Assembly (NCBI GenBank): GCA_030390025.1
Contig: CM059432.1
Coordinates: forward strand, 99,822,001 to 99,886,000
Direction: 5' to 3'
Length of the DNA: 64,000 nt
Origin: Squalus acanthias
Lineage: Eukaryota
Shown here one piece after another: positions 38,137 to 50,977 of the stretch. The position numbers and the translations under genes are program-made. Below the pieces are notes generated by a model that worked only from the letters and a program-made list of their open reading frames with translations, was not told the DNA's origin and did no database searches. Numbering within the stretch: the first letter of the stretch is position 1; each line of letters opens with the position of its first letter.

Positions 38137-38799
38137 GTCCCAGATTTTGAGGTTGTAATGACAGCGAAACTGTCAGCGTTCGTCGTCATTACCTCTCTGA
38201 AACTGACCGTAACTTCAAGATTGAGCACATGTGCAGATAAACATGGAAATCCTGAAGTTGTGGTCAGTCATTCCTGTTCCGCCACAGGCTGCGCTGTTGA
38301 ACTCCCCATAGCCGGCAATCAGTGAAACCACTTGAGCTGATGAAAACTTCCCCTTTTCTGCTCTAATATCGCTGTTAAACAACCCATAAAAAGTTAACTG
38401 GGGTTTTAACCATGTTTTGACTGCTGAACATCCATTCTGGCTCTGAAAAACTAATTTTATATTTGTGGAATGTAAAATTTCTCCAATGTGATAAAAATTA
38501 CTAGATTTTTAAAATAATTTAAAAAAAATTTAAAGTTTCTTTATATTTCAGCTTCTACCCTAACCCATGTGTATGTTCCAATCTTTATTTTGCTCTCTGT
38601 AAATTTTTTAAAAAGTGAATGCTAATAAGTGCTTTTTAATTTTATGGTTTGCTGTCTGTGAGAATTCTTCAGTGTGATTGGCTGCTTAGTCAGCTTGATA
38701 ACATCACTGCTAATGTATATTTTGACAGTGCTACAATCAAATTAATGTCGAGAAAGCTAAAGTTTGTGGGCAGCTTTCTTTGAGGTCAAATTCCAGGCC
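38137..38799. mobile_element. Harbinger-type MITE
   Basis: GTCCCAGATTTTGA / TCAAATTCCAGGCC with ATT on both flanks and an AT-rich core. Confidence 0.55.
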
Positions 38800-38924
38800 A
38801 TTATGTTTATGGTTAGCGTAAAGTTAAATCACAAATATAGTAAACAAGTTGGGTATAAGTATAGCCAGCCTAGCTGTTGTGTGTTAGAAGGTAGCTCCAA
38901 AGCCACTGCATCTCCGTTTTCCAG

Positions 38925-38993
38925 ATTGGAAAACTATGCTCTGTCTGTGCTTTGCAGTGCTGTTAATAAAGTCTTAAATGACAATCCGTTGCT
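38925..38993 (+). CDS. Candidate host exon (LENYALSVLCSAVNKVLNDNPL)
   Basis: Good acceptor tctccgttttccag and GTGAGC donor, 69 nt, phase 2-2, compatible with the 20342 donor. Confidence 0.22.
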
Positions 38994-40822
38994 GTGAGCT
39001 TGATTATCTCATGTCAGAAACCATTAGACTGCATTCCTTAGAGTCTATGATAGGATGACACAATTGTACATTAATCCCAGCCATTCAATTCACAGTCAGG
39101 GATTGTTTGTATAAAAAAGACACAGACTTAAAATTGTAAAGGACACAACCCACTTATCGAAACTGTTGTTAAGTCATTGAATGAGAAAAAGTTGCAAAAC
39201 AATAACATTTACTTCAGGAGATTGGAATAATGGTAACTAACATCATATTTGGTATCTGATGCTGATTTACAGGCTTGCCACCTTCACTTTTGAGCCATAA
39301 TGATATTCCATTACTGTCAGGACACCATGGGGCTAATAATGCTGTGCCAGCACTTGTGTAAGAATGAGCTGACCCCAGCCCATAATGCAAGTTCATATTA
39401 TTAGCATTTCTTTTGTGATCTTGATGCATTGTTCATGATGCACTGAGGAACCGGAGCTGGAATTTAAGCCTCAGCAGGCGGTGATGGGCTACTGATAGAG
39501 CACCAGCAGGTTTTACTGGGGGAGAGTGACAGTGGGAATGAAGGGGGACGGGGAAGGGAGTTGACATGGTGGAAAACGGAAAGAAAGGGGGGCAGAAAAA
39601 ATATTTCAAATTTTTGAATAGAGACGCCGATTCAGCATCCATTTTAAAATGGTCAACTGGAGTGCTGTTCATATGCTCCCGTTGCATTATGGGAAGGCCC
39701 CCTGAATTTTATGTTTATTTTTCAAACATGCTGAGCACCTCAAGCTGCAGGTCTCCGGCCTTCAAATCCCATATTATGAGGAGTGGACAATTGATGCACT
39801 TCAGTGCATTGGGCATCTACCATCACATTATTGACCCCTGTATAAAGAGTTTAGACAGCCACAAGCTGATTATCATCTTCAAACACACAACTGCTCCTGG
39901 CCAATTATGCCCCGATATGATTGACATTCATGGATTTAAATAGTAAAAATTGTGAGAAAATAAATGCAAATTTTAATTCTTTAAAAAAAATGTTTTTACA
40001 AAGCTAGCTACTAATTTACCAGGACTAAGTATATCACCAGTAATCTTCCATGAAATTAAAAAAAACTGAAAGGCAAGCACTGGTAATGGACGGTAAACAA
40101 TTTCATATTATTTTCAGCTAATTCTTTATTAATAATTGTACCTTGAATGCCTTCCATACCATTACAGTCCTTCATTTAACCCTCTAGCATTCCATTTGGC
40201 AGATGACCCATATTTTTAATCTTACATTAGTAAAAACATTTGGTTGACTAATGTTTTAAATAGAAAGGCAATAGTGATTGATCAACTGTGGTTTTTTGGC
40301 AATGAAAGCACACACCCTGTCCTTCAAATATGTCATGTAGCATTAAAACCATGGTATTTATACTTTAATTGCAGAGATACTGAAAGTACATAAGTAAGAT
40401 AATTTTGCTGGCAATATCTTCTGTTATAGTTGAAATAGCTGACTTAAAATTTCAGCATAATTCCATCACAAGAAATATACAGAATCCTGAAGACATAAAA
40501 ATAGAGCTTCTGAAATCAATTAGTACCTTTGCAAACAGAAGAATGATAATATGCAAAAAAAATGTTAACTGTGTAAACCAAAACTAATTTATTACTGGAA
40601 TCTGGGTGATTACTTTCTATTATATGCACTTTCATTCCTCTCATTTTCTCTCCAAGGAGAAAATGAGTCACAGAGAGTTAAAATAAATATGCTGTATTAC
40701 TTTAAATGTTTAATTTTTGATGTATACTTTGGCAATTAAGACAAATATCATGTACCAGCTATGAATACACGGACCAGTTAGATAGACATATCAGATACAG
40801 GTAGCAAGCTACATGTTATTTT

Positions 40823-41235
40823 TTTATTCATTCATGGGATGTGGACATCGCCAGCATGACCAGCATTTATTGCTCGTTCCTAATTGCCCTCAAGAAGGTG
40901 GTGGTGAGCCGCCTTCTTGAATACAACTGAGTGGCTTGCTAGGCCATTTCAGAGGGCGGTTAAGAGTCAACCACATTGCTGTGGGTCTGGAGTCACATAT
41001 AGGCCAGACTGGGTAAGGACGGCAGATTTAATTCCCCAAAGAACATTAGAGAACCAGATGGGTTTTACGACAATCCGGTAGTTTCATGGTCACCATTACT
41101 AATACTAGCTTTTTATTCCTAAGTTACTAAATTATTGAATTTAAATTCCCCAGGTGCCATGGTGGGATGTGAACTCACGTCTCCGGATCATTAGGCCAGG
41201 CCTTTGGATTACTAGCCCATAACGACTATGCTACC
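40823..41235 (-). mobile_element. tRNA-headed SINE with CR1-clade LINE tail
   Basis: The minus strand begins with A-box/B-box-like motifs (tagcatagtcg, gagttcacatcc). Body and tail match 3110-3455. Confidence 0.8.
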
Positions 41236-42665
41236 CTAACCCCATTAACAAATAAATTAATCAATTTGTTTTTCTTTCATGTGAAGTTCTATACTGTTGT
41301 TACAAATTTGAGTCTGCCATACAGATCTGAGGATCAGTGGCCTGAGTTGCTCCTGTAAATTGATCTCATACCCCTTATGTGCTAGATTAGATTCATACAG
41401 TCAAATGTCTACTTATACAGTAACATAACCCAGGGGCGTAACAATCGGACCGCCAGTGATCTGAACCAAATAATTGTGTCTTTCGCACATGTCCCCAGGT
41501 ACCTCTCCAATCTTTCAAACGTGGACCAATAAAACACTTCGGCTAGGTCATATATCACTCATTAAGCTCTTTTATTTCTCATCAAGTGAACAGAGCAACA
41601 GTTTTAATCGGACTTACTTAATTCAATCTTTGCATAATAATACAAAATAATGAAAATGCTATGCTTCCCTACATCAGTAGGTAGTCTTGCTTGGCTTAAA
41701 CAAAATCATTCCTAACTACAGTACCCTCCTGTATTCTCCTTCTGAGCTGGGCCAAAGTTGGCCCTCAGAACTTTCTATTTTAAAAATCTGACTGACTGCC
41801 TATGTCTCTGTATCTGTGTCATCTCCCTATGTTCACTGCCACAGGGATTGCCAGCCAGACCACCCCTGCTGCGTGCCCATGACCAATGACTTCCCAACAC
41901 AATGAGTATGAAATGATTATTGATTACCAAGCTAAGTTAACAAAGTGCTTATCATTTACAGTATATAATACTTAGCTGATTAGTATTTTAACCATCTTTC
42001 ATCTCTGTGCCTTTGTTTTAACTTGGGTGCACGCACTTTGCTTTAAAACACAATCTTGAAATGTAACTCTATTACAAATCCATAGTGCAACAATGGTCAA
42101 AAAACCCTGAAACATAGGCCTGAATTTTCTGGGGTCCGTGCGGGCACGATTGGAGGCGGGTCAGGTTGGAAATTCGTAATATCTTGCAGTGGGTCAGGAA
42201 CCCGTCGTCATCCCGCCCCCACACGCCTTTCCCTCAGGCACGTTTGCCGACGCAGCAGCGACCCGAACGGCAGAGGCGGGTGATCCAATTTAAATCATTA
42301 TTAGGAACTTGTCAGACCCTTAAGAATCTATTTAACCCTACCTTTCAAATTTCACTGGATGACCACGGGAATCACGCAGCTCGGGAACCGCGTCTGTCAA
42401 GCTGAGGCGGAAGTTGAGTGGCCATTGATCCAGCTGATTAGTGCACAGCTTGAAAAGTACAATAAAAACTCCCACCTCACAGCTGATCACTTTCCTTAGG
42501 CAGAAGATGTTGCTGACTGCATTGCCAGCACAGATTTAGCTTTCTAGAGGCTGCAAGTGTTTCCAGCAAAGTCTCCTTCCAGTGTCACCTCATTGGTAGA
42601 ACTTATCACATCATTGACAGATTGCTTCTGTCATCTCTATTTGACCTGCCATCTCTTCCATCAGC

Positions 42666-44628
42666 ATGGGTGCCAGCTATACTGTCTCACCTTGGTCCTC
42701 AGAATTGGACCACGATGAGGCCAAACACCAGCAGCACCAGGCACACCAGCAGCAGCAACAACAACACCAACAACCTTCTCCTCAACCACCTGATGCTGCA
42801 CAGGACAGAGGGCATCAGAGCAGGACTGCACCGCGCCAGAGGTGATACACCCAACACAGGCTATACAGGCAGAGGATGAGCTTCCTCAACATGACTGAGC
42901 AGCAGTGCCAAAGAAAGATCAGGCTATCGTGCCACGTCGTCGCAGACATTTGCACATTGCTGGATCAAGACCTGCAGTCCAGAGGATCTGGTGGACACGC
43001 CTTACCAGTGGCTGTCAAAATCACCAGCACCCTTAACTTCTTCACCTCAGGCTCTTTCCAGGGATCTGCAGCAGATATGTGCCACCCACAGATGCATCAC
43101 ACAGGTCACCGATGTCCTGTTTGACAAGTCAGCCAATTATATCAACTTTGCCACTGATAACACCAGTGTTACTGAGCGGGCGCTGGGCTTTGCCGCTCTG
43201 GCTGGCCTCCCACGACTGCAGGGCGTCATTGACTGTACACATGTGGCCATCAGGGCAACCCATCATAAGCCAGGAGTGTTTGTCAACCGCAAGGGCCTCC
43301 ACTCCCTCAATGTGCAGCTGGTCTGCAACCATAGGAAGATCATCATGCATGTGTGCGCCCAAATTCCCTGGCAGCTGCCATGACTCTTTCGTCCTGCACC
43401 AGTCCAGCCTCCCTCAGCTCTTCACTCCTCCAGACAGATTTTCTGGCTGGCTGCGTGGAGACAAGGGGTATCCACTGAAGACATGGCTCATGACAGCCTT
43501 GAGGAGGCCAAGTACTGAGGCCGAGGAGAGAGGCCAAAAATTCATCCCGCGACGCGAGAGTACGCATTGCGTACTCTCGCGTATTCTCTCTCCAATTGCC
43601 GGTTTTCTGCATGCCCTGCGCATGCGCTGAAAACCGGCACTTGGTCTTTTGAAAAGGGGGCGGTTCCTCGGTGCATCGCGTGCGCGCTACAGGCTGCGCG
43701 CACGCTGTGCACTTCATGCTTTGGACGCGCAGGTAAGTACGGAAGATTTTAGAAATGGAAAAAGGAGGAGTAAGACCCACTTTTAACAAGGTAAGTAGTG
43801 AATTAAGTATTTTTTTGAATTTTTTTTAACAGGTATATCTTTTTTAGAGACTTTAAAGACAGGTAAGTTTATTTTTAGAACTTTTTAAAAGATTTTAAAT
43901 TTTTTCAAAAATTTAATTTTTTATTTAAAATGGTTAATTTATTTAACTATACTTATTTTATTAATGTGATGGTTTTTTTTTAAAATTTAATTGAGGTTTA
44001 GCTGTTATTTTGGGGGGGTGTAAGATTCATAGATTTCACAGCACTTATGTGAAACTTATGAATGGAAGATGGTGTGCTGCCATTGGCTCTAACTGAGTCA
44101 CGTGATCCCACAGCTCGCACGAATTCACTACGCCGGTGGGATACGCAAGCACTGCCCAGCTGATGTCTGGAACATCAAGTTCGTGCGAGCTGGATCTGAA
44201 AAAGCACAAGCGGAGTGAGAGATCGCGGGGAAGCCTTACCCCCGCGGGAACAGAGCGAGATCAATTTCTGGGCCAATGAAAGCCACATTTCCACCAGATG
44301 TGTCATGGAGCAGACAATAGGCATGCTGAAAATGTGCTTCAGATGCATTGACAGAGCTGGAGGAGCCCTTCAGTATACACCAGCCAAGGTCTCCAGAATC
44401 GTCATGGTCTGCTGCACCCTGCACAACATAGTGCAGCAGCAAGTATTAGCGCTGCATGAGGAGCAAGGCACTGAGCGCACAGCCTCTTCAGAGGAGGAGG
44501 AGAAGCATCAGCTGGAAGACGAGGAGGAGGAGGAACAGGAGAAACCTACGGTCCAGATCCCACCAACACCCAAGCACATTGCTGCCCGGGAGGCCAGGGA
44601 TGGGCTCATCACAGCCAGATTTACTTAA
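42666..44628 (+). pseudogene. HARBI1-like transposase of Harbinger C, split by a MITE
   Basis: [48 protein letters not shown]. Confidence 0.9.
43531..44274. mobile_element. Harbinger-type MITE inserted in transposase C
   Basis: TIR AGGCCAAAAATTCATCCCGC / GCGAGATCAATTTCTGGGCC. Shares the gcgcatgcgctgaaaaccgg motif and AT core with the 18066 family. Confidence 0.82.
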
Positions 44629-45731
44629 CTTTACGCATTACACCTATATGGCTGCCACATGCTGTGCCAGGTTGGCACCACCCCACAGCAACACCATAAA
44701 GCATCCCTACAATGACCAAGCCATTCATTTCACACAGGCCACCATTGCTAGAGGTAACGTTATGTCTCACATTTCACTCCAACTTACTAAGCCACTTCCA
44801 AAGGTGCACACAAATTTGTCCATGACTGGAAAGTCGGGAAAATAAAGATTTTTACATGTGACATTAGAGTAACGGAAACTTTATAGAATCATTTAACAAA
44901 ATATCCAATACTATGATGGAGTGGGGTGCCAACGCCAAGTGGCCTCCTTGTGTGTTGTTAGCTGGTATGATTGCATTAGGATGAGGGTGAGTGTGAGGGG
45001 TGGCTAGTGAGATGGGGATGTGACAATGTAGGTAGAGAGGGAGAGGGATGGGTGGTCATGCCAGGTATGTTGGTGTGAGTAAGGATATGCAGCAGCAGGG
45101 TTGGGAAGACAGAGTGATGGGGATGTGATGAGAGGCACAGCAGGATGAAGTTGAGTGTGGCTTTGTACTCACCTTTCGTGATCTAATGAGATTATTGAAA
45201 CATTTCCGGCACTGCACCCTGATCCTCCTCACCACATCCCTGCTGTTTACCTCCTCTACTATTTGGAGCCAGGCTTTTTTGGTCTCCTGGGGAGGTCGCT
45301 TCCGCCCATTAGGAGGGAAGAGGACCTCCCTGCATGCTCTGACTCTCTCCGCAAGCTTATGGAGGGAGTCATCGGAGAACCTGGGTGCCGCCCTCTGTCT
45401 AAGTGTAGTCATATTTGACATTCTTTTAGCAGTCCAATTGTGCAGTGGGCTGCCTGCACACTCCTAGATAAACCTTCAAATGCAATGTGGCTACAGCTCC
45501 TTTAAATAACCCGACTGAAAATGCGTCATCAATGACATCATCAGACCCGCACCATTTAATAGGGCCGGGTAACGAGCAGGGTGGCCTGAATAGGCCCCAA
45601 AGTGCTCCAAAGTCGTAATTTGATAGTTTTTGTTCTGTATTTGCTACCACCCACTCAAAAAAGGACTCTGAAATAGCATCAGAAGCTCTACAATTTCCAG
45701 GACATCATTTTACCTCAAAACAGAACACTTA

Positions 45732-46604
45732 GGGGGAAATTCTTACCTGAATAAACGGGTGGGCTTGGAGCGTGGGTGTAGTTAAATTGTTAAAAATCGG
45801 AATCCCGACCTGAACCCGCCTCCAACCCGCCCACTTCCGGTTTTAATGGAGGTGGGACGGGGTGGGGGGTGTGCGGGCGGGACGGAGGCAGGCAGCCAAC
45901 CCACTGCCAGGGGGCAGGACATCAATTTAAATATTACAATGAGGCTGGAAGCCTCTTCTTCAGCCACCACTTTGTTTTTAACTCTATCTGGTCGGGTTTT
46001 ACACACATCATAAAACCCAGCAGTTACAGCAAGGCGAGGACTGCTGCATCCAGGAGGTAAGTGCATTTACACTCACCTCCTGAATTCAGGGTCCCGGCCT
46101 AGCCCACCCTCTGCAATCGGAGACCCCCCTCACGAGGCCTCCAATCACCTTCCCGGACTCCCCTTCTCCCGATCATCCTGAGGCTGGCCACGATCTTCTG
46201 GTGGCCGGCCCCGATTTGATCCTCCTCCCCCACCCAATGCTGGCAGGCCACAATCCTCTGGTGGCAGGCCGCGATCGTCCTCACCTCCCCCCCCTCGCCC
46301 CAGTCCCCCAGAGGCTGGCACCAGCCCCCACCTGATCCCTCCCTCCTCTGTGTGGCCTAGTGCCACAGGTCTACCCGCCCGCAGACAGCCAGCCTCTCCA
46401 TCTAGCTGGCTGCGGGTGGGAAACAGAGGCTTCAGATGCAAATCAGTCCCTGCCATTAAAGTCCGCTGGATAATCTCTTGGATTCAACATCACTGGTCTC
46501 ACCTGGAAGGAGATCCGAAGTCTCTCAAGGTCAAGAGTTTTCTTTACTGCCCAATATCTAGTAATATTAACACTGACCCGGGACTATAACAGTAAAGTCC
46601 CGTC
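45732..46604. mobile_element. Probable Harbinger-type non-autonomous element
   Basis: TTA on both flanks, degenerate TIRs, and subterminal acccgcctccaacccgccc motifs as in copy B. Confidence 0.5.
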
Positions 46605-47522
46605 TTAAATGAACTGAATACTGTAATCTCACACGTGCCTCCGTGGGCAGTTTCCAATCTTTCAAAAGATGACTGATTCACACTTTAATGAGATGAGGCC
46701 AAGTGCAAATCAACAAACTAGTTTGAATGGAAGAAAAATATTTGTAATAAGTCTCATCATAATTTTGTATCACTCATCGTAATAAGAAAAAATAATGCCA
46801 CACTGTCCTCATTAGTGGGCTAAGTATTCACTTTTTCTGGTCAGCTCTATCTTAAGGAAAAAGTCCTTGGCCTCTGTCTATCTGTGTTTCTCTCAGCAGA
46901 CCTTCTAGACCATGTGTTCCTTCTCCTTTGTTCCGAGCTGATACAGAAGCCATCAATTTGACCTCTGACTCTGGTCGGAATTTTCATTACCTGGGCGGGT
47001 ATGGTGCGGCCGGTTGGCGTAGCGGGTCAGAACCGCATTCTTCTTATCATCCCACTCCTCAGAGCGACTTTCTGTTAATGGTGCCTATTCAGGCAGGCCT
47101 GTGCGTTATCCGGCCCTATCAGATGGTGCGGGTCTGATGACATCATTGATGACTCATTTCCAGCCGGGATATTTAAAGCAGCCTTGGCCACATTGGATTT
47201 AAATGTTCACCCAGGAGTGTACAGGGAGGATAATTCACCATTGGTTATTGCTCAGCCTTCACAACGACAGAGGGCTGCACCCACGTTTTCAGATGACTTC
47301 CTACATATTCTGTGGAGGGAATCAGCGCACGCAGGGAGGCCCTCTTGCCTGCTGATGGGCGGAAGAGACCTCCCCAGGAGACAAAAAGAGCCTGGCTCCA
47401 AATTGCAGAGGAAGTGAACAGCAGGAATGTGGTGAGGAGGACCTGGGTGCAGTGCCGGAAGCACTTCAATGATCTCATAAGATCAGGAAAGGTGAGTGCA
47501 AAGCCACACTCACCTTCATCCT

Positions 47523-47733
47523 AAATAAAAACAGAAAATGCTGGAAACACTCAGCAGGTCAGGCAGCATCTGTAGAGAGAGAAACAGAGTTAACGTTTCA
47601 GGTCAATGACCCTTCAGGTCATCGACCTGAAACGTTAACTCTGTTTCTCTCTCCACAGATGCTGCCTGACCTGCTGTATATTTCCAGCATTTTCTGTTTT
47701 TATTTCAGATTTCCAGCATCTGCAGTATTTTGC
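47523..47733. mobile_element. Hairpin (inverted) short PLE-terminal-repeat-type insertion
   Basis: About 90-bp inverted arms and an exact 16-bp TSD CACTCACCTTCATCCT at 47507-47522 and 47734-47749. Confidence 0.85.
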
Positions 47734-48341
47734 CACTCACCTTCATCCTGCTGTGTCTCTCATCACATCCCCATCACTCTGCCTTCCCAAGCCTACTCCT
47801 GCTCATCATTAATCACACTAACATACCTTACACGTCCACCCATCCCTCTCTCTCTATCTATTTATTCACATCCCCCTCTGAGTAAACACCCCTCACACTC
47901 ACCCTCACCCTAATGTAATCATAACAACTAACATGACACAAGGAGGTCATTTGGGATTGGCACTTTGGCATTGGCACCATACTCCCTCTGAGTCACCCTC
48001 TAAAGATGTAACCCACACATTCCATACACTCATGTCATCACTCTCACTTAAACTTCTCTTCTTTCTCTCCTTGCAGGAGAAACGAGTTCACAATAACAGG
48101 GAGAGAACCGGAGATGGCCCTCCATCCTTCACCACTTTGACAGCAGCAGAGGAGGTCGCCCTGGAGGTGTCAGGAGTTGCGGAGCAGCTGGCGGTGGAAG
48201 ACGGAGAGATGGGGACCTCTCAGCAACCTGGTGATAGAATTACATCTCATACAGCCACATGGTATACATCAGTCACTCACATGGTGACATGTGTCAGCAG
48301 CCAGTGAATGTTCATCATGTGCGTAATGATATTGGTAGCCA

Positions 48342-49635
48342 TGTAAGATTCTCAAAATTCACAGATCCCCCAAAACTCGAAGACAATCCCTAAGGAAAAA
48401 GACGTTGGACTCTTTTCTAACTATTACAGTGTGGTGAAGTGCATTGGGCCTAACCGAAGGACTTTTTGAGCAAAAAACAATTTTTGGTACTTTTAAAACA
48501 TGTCTGGGCTTGTAAGGGAGAAAAGGCTGTGAAGGAAGGTGGGTTCAACCTCTGTAAAAACAGTTTGGGTATTGGAGCTGATTGGAACTGTCTGGGGAAC
48601 CGCATGACCTCGCTGGGAGTGTAAATCGGCCCCTATCAGACATTAGCATCCTAACAATAAACCCGAGGAGAACCAGTCTCCACCCCAAGTTTACAGAGCC
48701 CATTAAAGACATGCATAAACGGCTCACTCTATAGAAATTCCTCGGCTCAGTCAAGAAACCCAAAACATAAGAACAATCAGCTACAATTAAACAACAGATC
48801 GACAGGATGGAGCCATCCCCGAAACCACTTCACACATTTACAAACCAGTTACTGTTAACGAGCCCTCCAAAATCTTACAATGACCGGGATTTGATTTGGC
48901 GCGCAACAAAGGAGGCTTCAATTAGTATAATTGAAGGCCTGCTTTTCTCAAGTTCAAGCAACAAGCAGGACAGGAGAAGCACAGGAGTCACACAGACAAG
49001 CAGCAAGGAGTTCAGCAAGCAGTCCGGCAGAAGGCAGTTCCACAGTTCTGCAAGAAGGCAGTTCAACAAGGCAAGGGGGCAACAGAAAGAAGTTCAACAA
49101 GGAAGGCCAGCAGCTCCAGAAGCAGGCCGACACGCAACAAGAGACCAGAGCGACCGCCTCAGTGACCATCGGACACCTCATGGCAACAAGGGCCTTACGA
49201 AACTTCTTACTTAAAAGGACTCTAAACCCTACCTCTAACCAAAGAAAAGTGGGTACTCACCCGATAAATCCAATCCAGCGAACCCCGAAACCGCGAACCA
49301 TCTCAACTGTCAAGGATTCGTTTGGTGAGCATTATCCCTGGTTCTCCAGAGTCCAACTTAGCTAGTGAAGTGGGATTGGGAGGGGTGAAGTATTCTTCTA
49401 ATGTTATTTCCCTCGCTTCTACCGAAGTGTTCCCCACTTTTAGAGTGTTAAGGGTGTTTGTGTTGTGTTTTACTTTCTTGAATAAAGATCAAAGTTCTTG
49501 CATCAAAACCAGTTGTCTGCTGCACTTTTTATCACAACCCCCAAATAAGTCCAAGGTCTAGAACCAAGGGAGTGGGAGCGATTCAAACCGCTCAGAAGTC
49601 AGACGTGAAGCTGACACAAACCACCACCCCCTACA
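48342..49635 (+). mobile_element. Solo LTR (1294 bp; the 4-bp TSD is consistent with Gypsy or ERV1-type)
   Basis: TGTA...TACA ends, GCCA TSD, AATAAA at ~49481. It lies in Myb intron 2 and is absent from copy B. Confidence 0.8.
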
Positions 49636-50977
49636 GCCATTCTTAATATAACATTTCTAAATCATCTCTTTACTCTCCCATACGTCCATCAAGAGCCGCC
49701 CCCCCCCACCCCCACCACCCCCCACTGCCCAGCTGGAAGAGGAAGACAACGACTCAGAGGAGCCTCCAGCCTCTAAGGGCGCACTGGCACCAAACCTATG
49801 CACACCCAGCACCAGTGCAGACATGCACACCTCGGTGGGTCCTACGTGACATAATGTAGTGTTGTCACCTGGTGTCTCACAAGTCACAAGTGAGCAAAGG
49901 CAGATGGTGTTGACAGGGACAGCAGTGGAGACTCCTCGCTGGAAGGCGCAGGGCGCTCCCAGCTCTGCTCAGCTGCATGCAGACGCTCAGCCTCGGTGAC
50001 GATCGAGAAAGAGGGCGATCCTGGAGGTGCAGGAAGAAGTGCAGGAGGCTCTGACGGGTTTTGTGGCCGTGATGTCTGCAAATGTGCAGAGAATGGAGGA
50101 GTCCAACTCCAACATGAGCAGTACAATGTCGCAGGCGATGGGGACGGTATGCTCTTCTATGGAAAGGATGGCCACCTGCATGGAGCAGCTAATGCGCCAC
50201 TCACATGAGCACATGCTATCTATGGGGAATAGATGGCAGAGGCTCATAGACCTCCTCTCTAGGAGGGATGTCAACGTAGACTTGGGTCCTCATGGCCCCA
50301 CTGCTGTGCAGCAAGGTGCTCTCCAGCTCCTTGCTAGCAGGGAAGTGCAGGTGGCCCATGAGAGGGATGATGGTGAGAGGGGACATGGAAATAGGGGCTC
50401 CTCTCAAAGCGCTCACACTTCTCCCCTGTTGCAATCCCTCAGACAGAGCCCCAGATGCCTCCTTGGACCGCGATGGCCAAGTTTGCCCCTGCACAGTCGT
50501 AGGAGCAGCAGACTTTGGCAGGGCCATCACAGGCTCCAAAACCCAGAGGACGTCCGCCAAAAGTGTCTATGCAGTCGCAGCAGGGAAGTGAGCAGGCTGC
50601 CTCTACCTGTGCTGAAGCCATAGGGTTTGTACCTCGTAGAAGCGCAGGTAAACGAAAAATGACACAGAGGTAAATGCACAAGGGTATGCACATGGGTGTT
50701 TAAAGAAGATTTTTTCTTAAGGTTCTGTTACTGTTATGTCACATATAAAAATATTTATTTTCACCACTTTCCGGTCATGCCCATTTTTGTCTGCTACTTT
50801 GGAAGCGGCTTAGTGAGTTGGAGTGAATGGTGAGACGTGACGTTACCTCCAGCAATGGGGGTCAGTGTGAAAGGAATGGCTTGATCATTATAGGGATGCT
50901 TTATGGTGTTGCTGGAGGGGGTGGGTGGGGGGAACCTGGCACAGCATGAGGCAACCATATGTTTGTAATGCAGGAAT

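Larger units (their letters stand above)
42117..45600. mobile_element. PIF/Harbinger copy C (Myb exons 2-3 and right TIR missing)
   Basis: GGCCTGAATTTTC left end, transposase (+), and Myb exon 1 (-) at ~45171-45421. Inverted homolog of copy D. Confidence 0.88.
47230..50674 (+). pseudogene. Myb/SANT gene of Harbinger D (exons ~47230-47491, 48077-48230, ~49685-50674)
   Basis: AWLQIAEEVNSRNVVRRTWVQCRKHFNDLIRSGK|GTGAGT and ttgcag|EKRVHNNRER. Exon 3 is homologous to that of copy B. Confidence 0.85.

Noticed and set aside
41437..42076. Possible minus-strand solo LTR (cgtaac...ttaca)
   Set aside because: No TG start and no TSD found.
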